64,000 bases of DNA, from positions 2,092 through 66,091 of the forward strand of contig JBAXZI010000001.1 in the NCBI GenBank assembly GCA_041670385.1. Direction: 5' to 3'. A model generated the notes under the pieces. That model made no database searches. It was given only the letters and a program-made list of their open reading frames with translations, and was not told where the DNA came from. Below are positions 9,597 through 18,180 of this stretch, in pieces. The translations under genes and the position numbers were made by a program. Source of the DNA: Clostridia bacterium. GTDB taxonomy: Bacteria > Bacillota > Clostridia > Christensenellales > DTU072. How positions within the stretch are numbered: the first letter of the stretch is position 1; each line of letters starts with the position of its first letter.

Positions 9597-10364
9597 ATGT
9601 TACAACTAACTTCCTTTGGCTCTGGTTCTAAAGGTAATTGCGTATTAATAAGTAATGGCAAAAACAACATTTTAATTGATGCTGGATTAAGCCCTAACGT
9701 AATTAATAAGTGCCTTACCCAATTTTCTCTCACTTTATATGATATAGACGGCTTATTAATTACTCACGAACATAACGACCACATAAAATCACTTGGCGTA
9801 CTAAGTCAATACATTCCTGTTTATTCTCACCCCGACACATTAGCTGTTGCGGGACATAAAGTGGAAATACCACTTAAACAAAGAATGGAAATAGAACCAA
9901 AAACTTTTGGAATAGGAACTCTTGATATTACCCCTTTCAAAACTTGTCACGACGCGGCTTTCCCTTATGGTTATGTAATAAAGGATTGCGATAGTTCTAT
10001 TGCATTTCTTACTGACACTGGTTTTGTTAGCAAAGGTGCTATGTCCGTAATTAGTGGTTGTGATATGGCTTTTATTGAGAGCAATCACGATAAGACAATG
10101 CTTATGCAAGGAGAATATCCGCAGTTTTTGAAACAAAGAATACTTTCTGACAAAGGTCACTTAAGCAATGAAGAATGTGCACTTACCGTATCTAAGTTAA
10201 TAGAGAATGGTACACAAAAAATTATGCTTGCACATTTGTCTGAAAAAAATAATTTGCCCGAATTAGCATTTTGGACTACGGCTAAATATTTGCAAAAACT
10301 AGGAATCGATAAAGATAGTTATACCCTAAAAATAGCATCACAATATAATATGGTTGCTATATAA
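9597..10364 (+). CDS. MBL-fold metallo-hydrolase (YycJ/WalJ-like)
   Basis: 255 aa with the H.H.DH motif (ITHEHNDHIKSL), later conserved H/D positions, and SD AGGAG upstream of the ATG. Confidence 0.8.
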   Translation: MLQLTSFGSGSKGNCVLISNGKNNILIDAGLSPNVINKCLTQFSLTLYDIDGLLITHEHNDHIKSLGVLSQYIPVYSHPDTLAVAGHKVEIPLKQRMEIEPKTFGIGTLDITPFKTCHDAAFPYGYVIKDCDSSIAFLTDTGFVSKGAMSVISGCDMAFIESNHDKTMLMQGEYPQFLKQRILSDKGHLSNEECALTVSKLIENGTQKIMLAHLSEKNNLPELAFWTTAKYLQKLGIDKDSYTLKIASQYNMVAI

Positions 10365-10434
10365 AATATAAATACATAAAAAATATTAAAATAATTTAGA
10401 AATTAAATTGTTTGTTTTTTTGATAAGGAACTAA

Positions 10435-11307
10435 ATGAATAAAAAAGAAAAACTACTACCCAACCAGAAAGATAGTTCAATAATTATTATACTTATGCTC
10501 GTTGTTATGACAATCGCAAGTATGATAGCTCAAGCATTTTTGAAAAAAGGAACAAATATCTATTTGTATTTTGGTTTTGCAATACCACAAGTAGTATATA
10601 TTTTTGGTGTACTCATTTATTTTAATGCCAGAAACATTCCTTTTAATCTTAATATTAAAGAAAACGCACCAAAAAATTGGAAGTTATATCTCTTAGCAAT
10701 TTTATTAGGTTCGGGGTTATTCTTCTTTGCACTACCTATAAATAACTTTGTAGTTAAATTTTTTACTAGTATAGGAATAAATAGCGGTGTATCCGTACCA
10801 ATACCTAGTAGTTTGTTTGATTACATATTATGTTGTGTAATACTAGGTATAATGCCCGCAATTGGGGAAGAATTATTATATCGCAAAGCCTTAGGTGATG
10901 GAATAGAAAAATTAGGGACATTAAGTGCCGTAATTATTATGGGACTTTTATTCTCATTAGGTCATCTAAACATATCACAAACAATTTACCAATTCTTTAT
11001 GGGGTGTATCTTTGCCGTAATTTATCTAACGACAAAAGATATAATAATAACTATGTTAGCTCACGCCACCAACAATATCCTTGTCATATTGCTATCATTC
11101 TTAACTCCAGAAGCCATTTGGTCATTACCTGCAGTAATGATATTGTGTGGCATTTGTGGATTATTTGCTTGGGTATTAAGCCTAACACTTATTCTTCGCA
11201 AACGCTTCGTTAATCATAAAAAACAAGAAAAAATTAATATTTATCTAATTATTTTAATATTAATAATGGTAATACTTTGGGTGATTGTTGCAATTACCTC
11301 ATTCTAA
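10435..11307 (+). CDS. CPBP-family intramembrane glutamic endopeptidase
   Basis: Polytopic membrane protein carrying EELLYR (EExxxR), FSLGH (FxxxH) and HATNN (HxxxN). Confidence 0.8.
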   Translation: MNKKEKLLPNQKDSSIIIILMLVVMTIASMIAQAFLKKGTNIYLYFGFAIPQVVYIFGVLIYFNARNIPFNLNIKENAPKNWKLYLLAILLGSGLFFFALPINNFVVKFFTSIGINSGVSVPIPSSLFDYILCCVILGIMPAIGEELLYRKALGDGIEKLGTLSAVIIMGLLFSLGHLNISQTIYQFFMGCIFAVIYLTTKDIIITMLAHATNNILVILLSFLTPEAIWSLPAVMILCGICGLFAWVLSLTLILRKRFVNHKKQEKINIYLIILILIMVILWVIVAITSF

Positions 11308-11329
11308 CAATAGGAGACATAAAAGAATT

Positions 11330-12373
11330 ATGAGTAAAACTTTTAAATTTTGTACTATATATTTTATAGCAGCTGTTTGGGTAGTGGTTGTCCGGATTAT
11401 ATTTAGTTCACTAAATTTATCCGATAACATATCTAATTGGCTATTTTCTTTCATAGTACAAATTATTGGTCTAGGTATTATACCAATGCTGTTATATAAG
11501 TTTTGGGCAAAAGAAAAGGTAAGTTGCTTGATAAGGTCAAAAGCCAAAATAAGCCCTCAAATTATTTTGCTTGCAATACTTATAGGTCTATTTTCTAGAC
11601 AACTTACGATAGCAATTGCCGTATTATGGCAAAATTTTATTATGCTTTTAGGCTTTACTCAAATAAATTCTGCAGGAACTATTTTTTCTTCACACGAGGT
11701 TATTTGGTTAGAACTTATTTGTACCGCACTACTTCCTGCTATATTTGAGGAAATAACACATCGTGGTTTGCTTCAAGATGCACTTTCAGATGTAAAAACC
11801 GACCGTTCAAAAATTATAATAATGGCAATTATGTTTGGTCTTATGCACCAAAATGTAAATCAAGTTTGTTATACTATTGTTGGCGGTATGATAATGGCAT
11901 ATCTAGCAGTAAAAACTGGAAGTTTACTTCCTGGAATGATAGTCCATTTTATGAATAATGCTTTTAGCGTTCTTAGTAGTTATTCACAACAAACAAATGG
12001 TTTATTTAATTATTATGGAGAGATGTTTAACAATTTTCTATATGGAAATGCAATAATTTTACTTTTAGTTTGGGTATTTTCAGGAGTATTGGTTTACTTC
12101 TTACTAGTAAAAGTAAAAGATATAAGCTTGAAAAATAAACTACAAGACAGAAATTCTTGCAATAATTACTATAATCAAGAAAATGTTTATAACTACAATT
12201 ACAATAATAATAGTAATAATGTACAACAAATGGATAATGTCTTTGGGTATTCTTCATCTACTAATATAATAAAATCTAAAGCCAAATGGTATGAATACGC
12301 ATTTTTATATGGTACTATAGCCTTGTGTCTTGCCACTACTATATTTTCATTTTATTGGGGACTACTTAGATGA
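11330..12373 (+). CDS. CPBP-family intramembrane glutamic endopeptidase, second tandem copy
   Basis: EEITHR, FGLMH and HFMNN motifs. I prefer ATG 11330 (MSKTFKF.., GGAG at 11313-11316) over the track start 11285. It has an Asn/Tyr-rich segment (NNYYNQENVYNYNYNNNSNN) before the last TM. Confidence 0.75.
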   Translation: MSKTFKFCTIYFIAAVWVVVVRIIFSSLNLSDNISNWLFSFIVQIIGLGIIPMLLYKFWAKEKVSCLIRSKAKISPQIILLAILIGLFSRQLTIAIAVLWQNFIMLLGFTQINSAGTIFSSHEVIWLELICTALLPAIFEEITHRGLLQDALSDVKTDRSKIIIMAIMFGLMHQNVNQVCYTIVGGMIMAYLAVKTGSLLPGMIVHFMNNAFSVLSSYSQQTNGLFNYYGEMFNNFLYGNAIILLLVWVFSGVLVYFLLVKVKDISLKNKLQDRNSCNNYYNQENVYNYNYNNNSNNVQQMDNVFGYSSSTNIIKSKAKWYEYAFLYGTIALCLATTIFSFYWGLLR

Positions 12374-12810
12374 TGAAAATCAATATAATTGCTGTCGGCA
12401 AACTAAAAGAAAAATATCTTACCGATGCAATAAAAGAATACACTAAAAGAATAAGTAGATTTGCAAAAATAGAAATTATCGAACTTAACGAAGAAAAAAC
12501 TTTGGAAATCGAGGGCGATAATATATTAAATAAAGCTAAAGGTTGTCTTATTGTTTTTGACTTAAAAGGAAAATTAGTAACTAGCTTAGAATATGCAGAT
12601 ATATTTGAAAGCAGAATGGTTCAGGGACAAAGTGAATTTAGTTTGGTTATTGGAAGTAGCGAAGGTTTGGCAAAAAAAGTTGTTGATAAAGCGGATATTG
12701 CACTATGTTTTGGCTTAGTTACCTATCCACATCAACTAATGCGTGTTATTGTTGCCGAACAAACCTATCGTGCTATGACAATAAATAATCATATTACTTA
12801 TCACAAATAA
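12370..12810 (+). CDS. rlmH: 23S rRNA (pseudouridine1915-N3)-methyltransferase
   Basis: 146 aa. MKINIIAVGKLKEKYL..EY.KRI at the N-terminus and ..YPHQLMRVIVAEQTYRAMTINNHITYHK at the C-terminus match the SPOUT RlmH pattern. 4-nt overlap with the upstream gene. Confidence 0.85.
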   Translation: MMKINIIAVGKLKEKYLTDAIKEYTKRISRFAKIEIIELNEEKTLEIEGDNILNKAKGCLIVFDLKGKLVTSLEYADIFESRMVQGQSEFSLVIGSSEGLAKKVVDKADIALCFGLVTYPHQLMRVIVAEQTYRAMTINNHITYHK

Positions 12811-12856
12811 TAAAAAATAGGTATACTAAAGGTCATTTTAGAATAAAATACTATCT

Positions 12857-13711
12857 ATGACCTATAATGAAATAATAAAAGAAATTGAAACACTAGGCGA
12901 AATTAAATATTTCGCAATAACACCACTAGGATACAAAATTCCTATGGTAACTCTCGGTAGTGGAAAAGCACATACCTTGATTGTATCTTCCATTCACGCA
13001 AGGGAGCATATAACTTACGACCTAACGAAGTTATTAGCTAGTAATTATCCACCTAATTTAGGGGCTATAGATTATGTCCCTATACTAAATATAGATGGCG
13101 TATTGCTTGCCAAAAATGGTTATAGTTTTATAAGTAATACCGCCCTAAAAAAAGATTTGCTACAGCAAAATGACTATAATAACGATTTTAGCGACTGGAA
13201 ATCAAATATAAATGGTGTCGACTTAAATGTAAACTTTGATGCCGACTGGGGCGAGGGCGAACAAAACATAACCTACCCCTATAAACAAAATTATATAGGA
13301 CCACAAGCGAATAGCGAAACTGAAACTCAGGGAATTGTTAATTTATTAAAAAACAATGATTATTCTTTGGTTATTAGCTATCACTCTAAAGGTGAAGTTG
13401 TTTATTGGGGCTATGAATATAATTTTAGACATTATAAATATGCTAAAATGGTAACCGATAATTTAGGATATTCACTTCAAAGAAGTTTGAATTCTTGCGG
13501 TGGACTTAAAGATTATTATTCACTTAACTATAAAGGTTTGGGACTAACAATTGAAGTTGGAGAAAATAAATATGAACACCCATATCCGATAGAACAATTA
13601 CCAAATCTATATGAAAAACATAAGACAAGCTGGTTACTTTACAGTAAAATAGGAGGAGAAATTGCAAAACTTAATGTCCCTAGCCTTAAAAGAGGCATCG
13701 ATAGCTTTTGA
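12857..13711 (+). CDS. M14-family zinc peptidase (gamma-D-glutamyl-diamino-acid peptidase-like), no signal peptide
   Basis: H..E zinc motif SIHAREHIT and distal SYHSKGEVVYWGY, as in the M14 gamma-D-Glu-DAP peptidases. No obvious SD. Confidence 0.7.
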   Translation: MTYNEIIKEIETLGEIKYFAITPLGYKIPMVTLGSGKAHTLIVSSIHAREHITYDLTKLLASNYPPNLGAIDYVPILNIDGVLLAKNGYSFISNTALKKDLLQQNDYNNDFSDWKSNINGVDLNVNFDADWGEGEQNITYPYKQNYIGPQANSETETQGIVNLLKNNDYSLVISYHSKGEVVYWGYEYNFRHYKYAKMVTDNLGYSLQRSLNSCGGLKDYYSLNYKGLGLTIEVGENKYEHPYPIEQLPNLYEKHKTSWLLYSKIGGEIAKLNVPSLKRGIDSF

Positions 13712-14105
13712 AGAGCAAGAGATACCGATAGGCTGTATTATTGTCTATGAAGACAAAGTTATTGCAAGTGCTCATAATACAAAACAACAAAGTAATAATT
13801 CTATAAACCACGCTGAAATGCTTGCACTAAATCAAGCTATGGCATATCTGAATTCTAAATACCTTTATGGTTGTACAATGTATCTTACTATAGAACCGTG
13901 TGCAATGTGCAGCGGAGCAATGCTAAATTGCCGTTTGGAAAAACTTGTCTATGGTGCTAAAGAACCACGGTATGGGTGCGGAGGCAGTGTTTATAACTTA
14001 TTTGAGGATAAGCGTTTTCCCTACCGTACTAAGGTGGAAAGTGGTATTATGGAAGAAGAATGTGCTAAATTAATGCAAGATTTTTTTGCACTTAGGAGGA
14101 AATAA
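13662..14105 (+). CDS. tadA: tRNA-specific adenosine deaminase
   Basis: HAEMLAL and PCAMCSGAM deaminase zinc motifs. TTG 13662 sits 5 nt after GGAGG (13652-13656). The alternative ATG 13674 cannot be excluded. Confidence 0.85.
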   Translation: MQNLMSLALKEASIAFEEQEIPIGCIIVYEDKVIASAHNTKQQSNNSINHAEMLALNQAMAYLNSKYLYGCTMYLTIEPCAMCSGAMLNCRLEKLVYGAKEPRYGCGGSVYNLFEDKRFPYRTKVESGIMEEECAKLMQDFFALRRK

Positions 14106-14665
14106 TGATAATTGTAGGTTTAGGGAACCCCACCGAAAAATACAAAAATACCTATCATAATATGGGATTTATGACAATAGATACTTTAGCAAAAAATTTA
14201 AATAAACGGATTATTAAAAAAGAATGTGATGCACAAACTTCAGTTTTTGATAAAAATGGACAAAAAATTATTTTAGCAAAACCTCTTACCTTTATGAATA
14301 ACAGTGGATTTGCGGTCAAACAGCTAATGAACAAATATAATCAAACCGAAAGTGACTTAATAATCATTTATGATGATATAGATATTCCTAGATTTTCGGT
14401 GCGTACTCGTTTTAGCGGAAGTGCAGGCACGCATAATGGTATGAAAAGCATAGTAACCTCAATAAATTCTACACAATTTGCAAGAATACGAATAGGAATT
14501 GGACTCAATGACTTCGACCTTGTCGATTATGTACTTAGTAATATACCCAAAGAAGATAAAGATAACTTTGACACTACATTTGAAAAAGTAGCAAAACTGC
14601 TTGAAGAATACATAAATTCAAATGATTTCGATAAATTAATGAGAGAATCAAATATAATAAAATGA
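14105..14665 (+). CDS. pth: peptidyl-tRNA hydrolase
   Basis: MIIVGLGNPTEKYKNTYHNMGF matches the Pth N-terminal signature. The start overlaps the tadA stop by 1 nt. Confidence 0.9.
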   Translation: MIIVGLGNPTEKYKNTYHNMGFMTIDTLAKNLNKRIIKKECDAQTSVFDKNGQKIILAKPLTFMNNSGFAVKQLMNKYNQTESDLIIIYDDIDIPRFSVRTRFSGSAGTHNGMKSIVTSINSTQFARIRIGIGLNDFDLVDYVLSNIPKEDKDNFDTTFEKVAKLLEEYINSNDFDKLMRESNIIK

Positions 14666-17600
14666 ATCAATTTTTTCCACTAAATACAGGTAAACTATTA
14701 GAATTAAAAACTTCACTGGACAATGATGAAAATTGCGTGGTATTTTTTGCACAGCAAACAAACAGATGTCACATTGCAAGTCAACTAAACCGACCTTTTA
14801 TATATGTGGTAAGCGATTTAGTCGTAGCACAACAAACTGTAGATATTTTATCTCAATATTGCGATAAAAAAGTAGAAATTATGCCCGAAAGAGAAGATGT
14901 TTATATTGATAGACAAGTAGACAATCTTAACACCGTTTGGGATAGAGTAAATATACTAAATGAGCTTATTAATGGCGATATTTTTGGTTTGGTAGTAACT
15001 ATTGATAGCTTAGTGCAATTGTATCCGAGCAAACAAATGTTTTTATCTAATACAATTAAATTAGAAAAAAATACCGAAATTAACATAGATAATTTTATAA
15101 ATACACTAATTAATATGGGCTATGTACGCCAAAGTCTGGTAGAAAATGTATCCTCATTTAGCATAAGAGGCGATATCGTAGACATTTTTCCAATAGGAGA
15201 GGCTTCCCCTTACCGTATAGAATTTTTTGGCGATACAATAGAAAATATTAAACAACTTGACCTTGATTCTATGCTTTGTAATAATGAATTTGAATTCCTC
15301 ACAATTTTACCTAGTAGTGACATTCTAGTAAACTATGATATGGTAGAATCAATATTACGAAATGTCAATAAAGAACTAAGACTGAACAAACAAAAAGTTA
15401 ATGAACATATAGATAATTTAGTTAACAATTTTAGGAATAAACCGTCAAGTGCACTAAATACTTATTTTCTTCCTTTTATTTCAAATAATTGCGATACTAT
15501 TTATTCTTATTTAGCACCCGAAGCAATAGTTGTTTTTGATGATGTAAAGCTAATTGATGATATGTTACAGCTTTATCAAAATAGTGCTTCATCTAGACTT
15601 AAAGAACTTATAAAAGACAATAAAGCACTACCTATTCACAAGAATAGTATTTATAATAAGCAAACTTTATATGATATTTCTCATACGATTTTAGGTTTTG
15701 GCAAAATAACAAGTCAAGTACCTATATTTGAACCTCAAAAAGTATATTCTATCAAAACTCAAAACGTACCTAAATTCCATTTGGCAATTACAGAACTTTA
15801 TAATAATTTGAAAAATTACGAATTAAGCGGTTTTACCGTTAGGCTTTTTGCTAAAGATAATGAAAGGGCGTTAGTTTTCCAAAAAAACTTGCAGGAAAAT
15901 ATGATTTCTGTTCCTATTTCTGATACTAGTAGACCTATTAGCATTGAAATAGGTAATATCGATTACGGATTTATTTATCTAAATGAAAAATTGGTAAGTA
16001 TCGGTATTAAGGACTATTCTAGACCTATTATTCTTAGGAAATCCTTAGCACAAAAAAAATCGACTTTTATATTGCCTGAAAAAGGTGATTATGTAGTCCA
16101 CGATATTCACGGAATAGGTATTAGTGAAGGTATGCAAAAAGTAGAAACTACTTCTGGCGTAAAAGATTTTTATGTTATTTTGTATAGAGAAGGCGGTCGC
16201 CTTTATTTGCCGGCTAACCAACTTAATACCATAGAAAAATACAACGGTTTAGAATCCCCCGCTTTACACAAATTAGGCGGTGCGGAATTTGAAAGGGTAA
16301 AACAAAGAGTCAAATTAAGTGTTAAGAAAATGGCATTTGATTTGCTTAATTTATATCAAACTAGATTTGCTCAAAAGGGATATAAATATCCTGAAGATAC
16401 ACAATGGCAATCCGATATGGAAAACGATTTCGAATATGTCCCTACCGATGACCAACTTATCGCTATAAATGAAATAAAACAAGATATAGAACAAGGTAAA
16501 ATTATGGATAGACTACTATGCGGTGATGTAGGCTTTGGAAAAACTGAAGTCGCTATCCGTGCTATATTCAAAACCGTATTAGAAAATAAGCAAGTTGTTT
16601 TACTTGCACCGACTACAATCCTTGCCCAACAACACTACAATTTAATTCGTGCAAGGTTTAATAAATACGATTTGAACATAGCTTTACTTTCTAGGTTTGT
16701 GCACCCAAAACAGCAGAAAGAGGTGCTCAAACAGCTAGAAAGTGGAACAGTCAATATAGTAATTGCAACCCATAGGATACTATCTAAAGATGTACATTTC
16801 TTTGATTTAGGTTTACTTGTTCTTGATGAAGAACAACGATTTGGGGTAGAACAAAAAGAGAAACTTAAGGTTTTCAAAAATAAAGTTAATATCCTTAGCT
16901 TATCTGCAACACCGATTCCTCGTACTTTGCATATGGCACTTTCTGGGATTAGGGATATTTCCACATTGGAAATACCACCTAAAAATAGGCTACCTATCCA
17001 AACTTATATTACTGAATATAACGACAATTTGTTAATTAGTGCGGTACAAAAAGAAGTGAATAGAGGTGGCAAGGTTTTTATACTTTACAACCGTGTAGCT
17101 ACTATTGAAAAATGGTATGATCATATAAAAAGTATACTTCCTGAAAGTATTCGGATAATTATGATTCACGGACAAATGCAAGAAGATTTGTTATCACGAA
17201 AAATAAGTGATTTTTATGAAGGCAAAGCAGAAATTTTGCTTAGTACTACAATAATTGAAAACGGTATAGATTTACCTGATGCAAATACACTTTTTGTACT
17301 GGATGCTGATAAATTGGGACTAGGACAACTATACCAGCTTAGAGGTAGAGTGGGAAGAAGTAATGTGCTTGCTTACGCATATTTTACAATAAAAGAAAAT
17401 AAAGTGCTAAATGAAAAAGCCCGCAAACGCTTAGATGCACTTATGGACAATACCGACCTCGGTAGCGGATTTAAGATTGCTATGCGTGATTTAGAAATAA
17501 GAGGTGCCGGGAATGTGTTAGGCAAAGAACAGCACGGACAAATGGGTAAAGTTGGTTATGATATGTACCTAAAATTAGTACAAGAAGGCATTGACGAATT

Positions 17601-18069
17601 AAAAGGTCTTACTTCTACTCATCTTCAAGAAACAAGAATTATTATTGACGGAGATTATTATCTAGATGAAGATTATATAGTCACTTCTAGAGAAAGAGTA
17701 GCTTTTTATAAGAGAGTTAGCTTATTATCTAACAGAGAAGATGCTAGACAATACCAAAACAAATTGGAAGAAACTTATGGCAAACTTACACCAAATGTTT
17801 TAAATATTATAAGATTAGGTCTTATGAAAAATCTTGCAAAAAAATTGCAAATTAAAAAAATTACTATTTCTGCTAAAGATACAATTTTAGAATTTGTTGA
17901 TAATACAGCTTTTACCAATGAAGGTTTGATAGGTGCAATTTCTGACTATAATAAATATGCATTGATGGTTCCTAGCGACCCGCCTACTATTGTTTTTAGC
18001 ACTAAAAAGTTGTCACAAAAATCAATAATTAAATTGATTTTAGACTTTTTAGTCCTATCAAATGAATGA
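14662..18069 (+). CDS. mfd: transcription-repair coupling factor
   Basis: 1,135 aa with helicase motifs GDVGFGKTEVA and LLVLDEEQRFGV, plus a CarD-like segment (GDYVVHDIHGIG). ATGA overlap with pth. Confidence 0.95.
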   Translation: MNQFFPLNTGKLLELKTSLDNDENCVVFFAQQTNRCHIASQLNRPFIYVVSDLVVAQQTVDILSQYCDKKVEIMPEREDVYIDRQVDNLNTVWDRVNILNELINGDIFGLVVTIDSLVQLYPSKQMFLSNTIKLEKNTEINIDNFINTLINMGYVRQSLVENVSSFSIRGDIVDIFPIGEASPYRIEFFGDTIENIKQLDLDSMLCNNEFEFLTILPSSDILVNYDMVESILRNVNKELRLNKQKVNEHIDNLVNNFRNKPSSALNTYFLPFISNNCDTIYSYLAPEAIVVFDDVKLIDDMLQLYQNSASSRLKELIKDNKALPIHKNSIYNKQTLYDISHTILGFGKITSQVPIFEPQKVYSIKTQNVPKFHLAITELYNNLKNYELSGFTVRLFAKDNERALVFQKNLQENMISVPISDTSRPISIEIGNIDYGFIYLNEKLVSIGIKDYSRPIILRKSLAQKKSTFILPEKGDYVVHDIHGIGISEGMQKVETTSGVKDFYVILYREGGRLYLPANQLNTIEKYNGLESPALHKLGGAEFERVKQRVKLSVKKMAFDLLNLYQTRFAQKGYKYPEDTQWQSDMENDFEYVPTDDQLIAINEIKQDIEQGKIMDRLLCGDVGFGKTEVAIRAIFKTVLENKQVVLLAPTTILAQQHYNLIRARFNKYDLNIALLSRFVHPKQQKEVLKQLESGTVNIVIATHRILSKDVHFFDLGLLVLDEEQRFGVEQKEKLKVFKNKVNILSLSATPIPRTLHMALSGIRDISTLEIPPKNRLPIQTYITEYNDNLLISAVQKEVNRGGKVFILYNRVATIEKWYDHIKSILPESIRIIMIHGQMQEDLLSRKISDFYEGKAEILLSTTIIENGIDLPDANTLFVLDADKLGLGQLYQLRGRVGRSNVLAYAYFTIKENKVLNEKARKRLDALMDNTDLGSGFKIAMRDLEIRGAGNVLGKEQHGQMGKVGYDMYLKLVQEGIDELKGLTSTHLQETRIIIDGDYYLDEDYIVTSRERVAFYKRVSLLSNREDARQYQNKLEETYGKLTPNVLNIIRLGLMKNLAKKLQIKKITISAKDTILEFVDNTAFTNEGLIGAISDYNKYALMVPSDPPTIVFSTKKLSQKSIIKLILDFLVLSNE

Positions 18070-18105
18070 GAAACTTGTGGCGAATTATTTTTTACCGCAA
18101 AACCC

Positions 18106-18134
18106 TTGATTATATGTGTATAATATAGTATAAT
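18106..18134 (+). promoter_or_regulatory. sigma-A-type promoter for the 797-aa lipoprotein gene
   Basis: TTGATT (18106-18111), 17 nt, TATAAT (18129-18134). AAGGAG lies 5 nt before ATG 18181. Confidence 0.5.
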
Positions 18135-18180
18135 CTTATATAATGAAATTATAGACTTTTATTAGGTTTAAGGAGTATAT

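Noticed and set aside
11285-11329. Track start of the second CPBP gene at 11285 (MLQLPHSNNRRHKRI..)
   Set aside because: It is a non-ATG start overlapping the previous gene, with no SD. ATG 11330 follows a GGAG and begins directly with the hydrophobic N-terminus. The longer form cannot be strictly excluded.
12371-18069. Possibility of an alternative genetic code (TGA as Trp, as in Mollicutes), given the very low GC
   Set aside because: TGA terminates several well-defined genes at the expected protein length (second CPBP gene at 12371-12373, pth at 14663-14665, mfd at 18067-18069). No conserved gene needs read-through.
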